From: Chlorokybus atmophyticus
Taxonomy: Eukaryota > Plantae > Mesostigma and Chlorokybus algae
Direction of reading: 5' to 3'
DNA: 64,000 bases
Assembly: GCA_009103225.1 (NCBI GenBank)
Contig: RHPI01003369.1
Coordinates: 1,161,490-1,225,489 of the forward strand
Shown here: in pieces, positions 57,898-64,000 of the stretch
Numbering within the stretch: the stretch's first letter is position 1
Layout of the letters: every line of letters starts with the position of its first letter
The notes under the pieces: generated by a model
Told to the model about the DNA's origin: nothing
The model's database searches: none
The model's input: the letters and a program-made list of their open reading frames with translations, nothing else
Program-made: the position numbers and the translations under genes

Positions 57898-59526
57898 AGC
57901 GGATGCAGCATTGAAGGTGGCGTGCAGGTTGTGTGGTTGCGCGGACTGCACAATGTCACCAGTGGCACATGCCGGATTGTGGTTGACGCATCAGCAGGCT
58001 GCACTGCGTGGAATAACTGGTTCACAGCCATCAGTGGTCTGGCAGCATAGTGAGTTTGGTGCGTTGCAGATTGTGCAATGCGTGCTGCTGCTTGCACTTG
58101 TTCGCATGCACACCAAGTAGCGAGTTGAACACTTGCTACCTCCAAGCATAGACCATCAACTGCTACTCCATGTACAGCGCGGTGGGTGCCTAACAAAAGC
58201 ATGCTGCTTGCATTTGTGCCCATTGACTGTTGTAATTGTATACAAGAGATGGTATGCTACATTATTAGCATGCATGGTGTCAAGCACATGCAGTGTCATG
58301 CATAGCATCAAGCACACGGCACTCTTATACCAACAATTCATACCAACAATTCATGTCATTGATGCAGCACCGTGCTGCTCTCAACTCTACATAGCACTCT
58401 GCGCCTTACCCCATCAGCCACAGCAGCATGTAGGTTAACGACCAATCACCTGTCCACACGGGCAGTGTGTGCTACTATTGTAGGTGTACGTGTGGCTTAA
58501 CCCGATGCTCAAGTTGGTGAGTTGTTGTTATTGTTGATTGGTTGCATGCTCATGCATACTCATGCATGTTTGCATAGGGTATGAGGCATTTGCATGTGCT
58601 CTGCCTGCCTTGAAGCGGCCGGAGGGGTTCATGCGCTTGGGTCGGCAGCGTGTATTCTGCACCTTGCAGCGCGCAGGCATTGGCAACCATGGGGCGCGGA
58701 CTGGCAGCGGTAACAGCGATGCCGGGCTAGGCAATGATGGCACACCCCAAACCATGGAGGCAGACGCGGCGCTCACATAGAATGGACATTGTGTACACAG
58801 CTTGGTTCGTGTGAAATGCTGTGTAAGAAGCTGTGCACGCAGTAGACACCAATGCATGCAATGTGTCTTCAGTTCGTTGATGTCAACGTTACTTGCATGT
58901 ATTGTAAGTCGGGGCACTCGTCGCATGTGGGAGAAGATACTGCATGGTCTCTACACAATGCATTGCTGTATGTGGACAGCTCCTTGTGTGTGCAGTCATG
59001 AGCTCGTTAAAAGTGGCAATAAAGGGACGCACTTGCACATGTTGGTCACATTCAACAACCATGGCCGCAAAGCAAGCATCGTAGCAACAAGGAAATGCAC
59101 ACCAACATCCATGATGTGACAAACTTGCTGAGCTCATGCACGTACGGATGGCATGGCAACTGTCATGGCTAGTTGCTTATTGGCTAGGCTAGCCCGGTGG
59201 TAAACTACTTTATAACAATGACTGCCCGCATGCTGTTTGCTCCTCACAATTATTGCATGCGCTATCATACACCACATTGCGTGTACATAGCTACCACTGT
59301 CAAGCAACGGCAGCACACGTTGACACTGTCACAACAAAACCAGGTTCACACTGCACTGCCACTCCGCAAATCCCCATTGGTTGCCGTTAGCAATGGATGC
59401 AAGACCAACACCAGACAGGGCCAATCTATGAGCTGTGATGCTACACTAGATCATTGTTTCAACTGCAGCAAAATTGTATCAATACACTGGTTAAAAGCAC
59501 ACAGAGCGATAGCAATAATCAAAGCT

Positions 59527-62500
59527 TTACATAAATGTTGGAGTCTCGGGGAGCTCCTCGAGGGATGGCCTCCAAGAACAGCCAGTTGCCCAAGACAGCA
59601 CATCTGGCACGGTCACAATCTCCTCACATACCCGCTGCAGATTCTCATGTGAACCATCCACCTCGAATAACATCCAGCCAATACCACTGCTCTTGTCACC
59701 GCGGCCAGAATAGGACGTGATGGAAACATCATTGCTCGACAGTACAGCAGACACATCCGTCAACAAGCCATTGCGGTCTTTGCACTCCACGCTGAGCCAC
59801 ATGAAGTTCTGCTTGCCAGCCTGCCATGTAATCAGCGTCTGTAGCTGCCACTGAAAGGCTGCGGTTGACTCAGAACTCCTCGCAAGTTTCATCGGCTGCG
59901 GCTCAGAGCCATTATAAACTTTGCCGTTGGAATATGAAGACCCAACTGGTGTCAGCCTGCCGTTCAAGGCAGGCGTGTCTGCTCCGTTCGAGGAAGTTGA
60001 TGGCTGCGGGGTTGAAGTAGTAGCAGAAGCTCCGTTGCCATTCCCATTGGAACTTGTGTCCCGGGTGTTCAGCTTCTCCACATCCATCTGTGTAAATGAC
60101 TGGATTGCCTCCGATGTGAACGCAGCCCGGCTTGCCCTTGCTTGGTCTTTCAGGAACTTGGTCAGCTTGTGGCGCGCACTCCTTGTGCGCGCATACTTAA
60201 GCCACTGCTGGTGCAGCTTGTAGATCTTACTGGAGTTCACGGACCCAGCGTACGTGATAATCTCCACAACCTCAGCGTTTTTAAGTGCGTGACTCGGGGC
60301 GACAATGCTGCCATTCACCTTTGCGGCCACCATACGATCACCTATGTCAGAATGTATGTGGTACGCGTAGTCCACTACCGTGGCCCCCGTCGGCAGCGTA
60401 ACCACTTCTCCCTGTGGTGTGAAGACAAACACGCGCCTTCCAAGTAGCTCCCCCGTGATCGTGTCAACAAACTCCCTAGCACTCATGTTGCCAACAAACT
60501 CATCCTGCCATTCCCTGATGCTGTTCAACCAGGATGCACGCCGCGCAATGTCCTCCTTGTCAATGGGCGTTCCATTGCCACCGCCAGCTCCCAAGCCCCA
60601 TCCATTTGGTCCTCTTTGAGCAGCAATACCACATTCGGCCAGGCGGTGCATCTCCTCAGTGCGGATCTGGTCGCAAGTAAGGCCATGTGTGGTGAAAGGC
60701 TGTGGCAGCCAAAAGAACATACTTGCGCAATCACGTGCTGACCTGAATCTCCAAGGGGACCAAAGCACTCGTGCCGAGTGGCAGCACAGTGGTATGCAAA
60801 CTCTGGTAACCATTTGGCTTGGGTGTTGCAATGTAGTCCTTGACCTGTACCAACACACTCACGCTTAGGGGACATGCATCAACGGCAAGCAGCTCAATGA
60901 CAGACATGGACCAGCAATTCTAACATAATTACCGTTCCCGGAACCGGTCGCCACATAGCATGGATGATGCCCAGCACATGGTAGCACACCTGCTATTCAA
61001 AGACATCGGTAAACAGTTTGAACAGGCTCGGCCATCTGTCACTACAAACTTCCACAACAACGTGAAAGCACTTGACCTGACCTGAGTGACATTCCTGGTC
61101 TGATCAGCGCCCTCTCCTTGTGGGGCCATCTTCAACACGATGCGAAGCTGCATGACAAGGAACAGCGTGGGCATTGGGTTCTGCTCGCAGTTCTTGGCTG
61201 TCTGTGTCATACCTGGGCCACGTCGCGGATGTCTTGTATGCTACCTCCACGCTCCAACACCTTTTTCTTTAGACTGCAATACAAGCAAACAACCGAAAAC
61301 TGTGTGCAGCACTTGGACCTACGATGCATTGGTTGAGTTCAAGCAGCAGGGTATTGCTTCAAGCACCTGTACACATCTTTGCACAATGCTGTGACAGTGG
61401 CTCGGGTTGTCGTAAGCTTCAGGAATGAATCGCGGTCAAAGGTTTCTTCCAAAATATGCCTTGCCTGGCAATAAAGATTTGATAAGTTACAAATTACTCC
61501 TGGGTACCTCCTGTGCACGCTGGAGCTACACACAAAGCTGACCTGTAAGACCACGTCGCCTTGTTGCGTGCACAACTTGTCCAAATGTCGCACCAACAAC
61601 GAATATGTTTCTGGGTCGCTATATCGAAACGACAGCTCCTCCAGCTCCGACTGTTCAACAAGTATGTTATATGCGAAATGATGGGACCATGCACGCCGCA
61701 TAAACCTCATCATCAGTGTTACAAACCTTGATTCTGTACACACCCAGCAGCCTTGCCAGCGGGGCAAACACTTGTAATGTCTCTTCAGCTATGCATTTCT
61801 GTAACAACATAAGATAGATATGTGTGTCTTGCTCAACCACGCAGTAATAATACGGAGAGCAGAGCAGAAATGCACACCTGCTTTTCGCGAGGCATGTGTT
61901 CCAGGGTGCGCATGTTGTGAAGGCGGTCGGCCAGTTTGACAATGATGACTCGAACCTGCACATGTCGCATAGTAAGCACATTGCTGGCAAGTATCATACC
62001 AACAAGTAGCTCTGGCAAAGGGCAGCAAAAGGCTGCTGTTTCCATCTTCAATGAAGCGCCCCTGCCGCATAGGCGGCGGAGACGTGCGCACCTCCTCAGT
62101 CATTGCAATGAACATCTGCTGAAGGTCATCCGCTTTCACATCCCGCACAACGGTGGTAGACTCGCCACGCTGCACCTTTCCAAGTTTGCTTACCTACAAC
62201 AATACGTAATTGAGCGCAAAGCAGCGACAGCAGGCAAGTTTCACAATTCCTGAGCCATACAACAGGTCTCAGCAGTACCTTGGTTTCACCCTCTACAATT
62301 CGTCGGACCACATTGCCAAATTGCTGTTCAATGCGCTCAAATGTCACTGTGCATGTGTCCTCAACCGTATCATGCAACAAGCCTGCCAAAATAGTCTCGT
62401 AGTCCATTCCCTGAATATGCATCACAATCAAAAAGTTAGCTGAATAAGTTTAATGCACCACTCCCCTCTTGCTACCCAACAGAAGTTCAAAACCGCACGA

Positions 62501-63889
62501 TAGCATTCTAGCTAATTACCAAATCGCCCAGAATGATGGCGACTGCAACAGGATGGATAATGTATGGTTCACCACTACGCCTCCGTTGGCCATGGTGTGC
62601 ATGATACGCCAACTGCAACAGGACACATCAGTTGCACAAATACGGACAGCAAAGACCTAGACAGGGGGACAACTTACGATGCAAGTCATTAGCAACCTCC
62701 CTAACAGCTCACCTGCAACCCATCATGGACGAGCGATTGCTGTGCTGGTGTCAAATAACTTATGTGTGGTAGGAGCTCCTGTGCAACACAGAATAACGTG
62801 GGTACTAGCTCACACAACTACTCCACAGCAGGTGTTGCACAAGTTGCTATCCACCTGCCAAAGTGCTTCAGGAGTGACATCTGCTTTCGCAAAACTTTCA
62901 ACCTTTGTGCCATTGCTGCTACTACCACCACTTGTTTCAGCCCTGGGACTGTGCGCATTACTTGCATCTGCTCGCGATGAGCTCGTAGACCCAAAAGCGC
63001 AGCATCGCAATGCAGCGCGGCGATCTTTGAACTCTCTTCCACAAGACACCTGAAAGCAATACATGAGTACTTCAGCATCAACAAATTGAAAGTGGCAAAA
63101 CAACAGCAACAATATGCAACGCACAACACTACCATGCCAGCACTGGACAGCGCATCTTTCCGGCTGACGGCAAGGCTGTTGTGACGCCAACGGCATGCTG
63201 TGAAGTCCGCTATTGTTGTGCCATTGTCATTCTCCCGGTGCCCGCCTGACAGACAGCCATTATGCAGACAACAACACTCTCTGCATTTTGGTCCACAGCG
63301 CTCTGTCCTGCGTCCTCGAAGGGATGGCAGTTCTGGGCCTGTGCACGCAGTAACATTGTGTATTTGCCGTTGCTTGCGATGGATTTTCCCACAGATGATA
63401 TCGACCACGACTGTAGGTAAGATTGTGAAGCTGGTTACACTGCGACTGCAAAGTCTGCTACACAAGAAAAGTGGAAAACGAGCGCTGCGCGCAAACTGCA
63501 AAGAGGACAAATATGCTTACGCACTACAAATATGATAAATTAGCAGCCTTTACTGCCAGAGTGTCTACATTCCACAGTATATCGAAAGCACGACCACAAA
63601 GCTGGCCATGGACAAAGTAATGACAACAAGAGATCTGCTACTTGCGTGCCCACCATCCACCAAGCACGAAATACATCATTGCTAACACAATGAACGGCGC
63701 CAATAACAGCATGCGAACTGCTCAACGCGATAAGTGCTCAACCAAAATGTCCTGCATGCAGCAAGCCGAGAAGGCAGCAGGCGACGTACAACAATCGGCT
63801 TCAGTTTCAGACAGTAAGCTGACATGCATGCTAACGTTTTTCTTACCGGTTAGCACACTAGCAGCAGCGTGGCTCGCCAAACGGCTCAT
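59527..63889 (-). CDS. RSH1: RelA/SpoT homologue of the RSH1 type (HD, synthetase-like, TGS and ACT domains), multi-exon; 5' exons and start uncertain
   Basis: [106 protein letters not shown] (TGS), [15 protein letters not shown] (ACT). Confidence 0.92.
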
Positions 63890-64000
63890 GCTCGGTAGAG
63901 AGGAGCTAACAGCTGCTAGGGTTCACGCTAGGGTTGCAGCTCCCTGCCGCTGCAATCTTTCACGGACCCAGATAACAGTCGGATTGCAGCCTACCACCCA

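Noticed and set aside
58570-58780. Phase-compatible possible alternative last exon for RBX1
   Set aside because: Phase match has a 1-in-3 chance, the peptide has no recognisable features, and the canonical last exon is intact.

Overview
Eukaryotic nuclear DNA from an intron-rich green alga. My inference is an early-diverging streptophyte (charophyte-grade), based on the augmin AUG2, plant-type MED26, RSH1, steroleosin-like HSD and an LHCII mature N-terminus of RRT. I recognise eleven multi-exon genes: MED26/TFIIS-N (+), major LHCII (-), RPN10 (+), AUG2 (-), acid lipase (+), HSD-like SDR (-), LHCI (+), RPL8 (+), PP2C (-), RBX1 (+) and RSH1 (-). There are two LTR-retroelement clusters. The first (0.15-3.3 kb) holds three copies plus a solo LTR of a tiny non-coding TRIM with 79-bp LTRs. 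Its LTR/PBS junction carries tRNA-spaced Pol III A- and B-box motifs, and there is no T4 run until the 3' LTR. The second (31.4-48.8 kb) is an old minus-strand chromovirus containing a Copia, with a young chromovirus inserted in its 5' LTR. Both chromoviruses carry an extra domain between Gag and protease that looks like a catalytically degenerate N6-adenine methyltransferase fold. All product calls come from motif recognition by eye; no searches were run, and exon boundaries are partly inferred.
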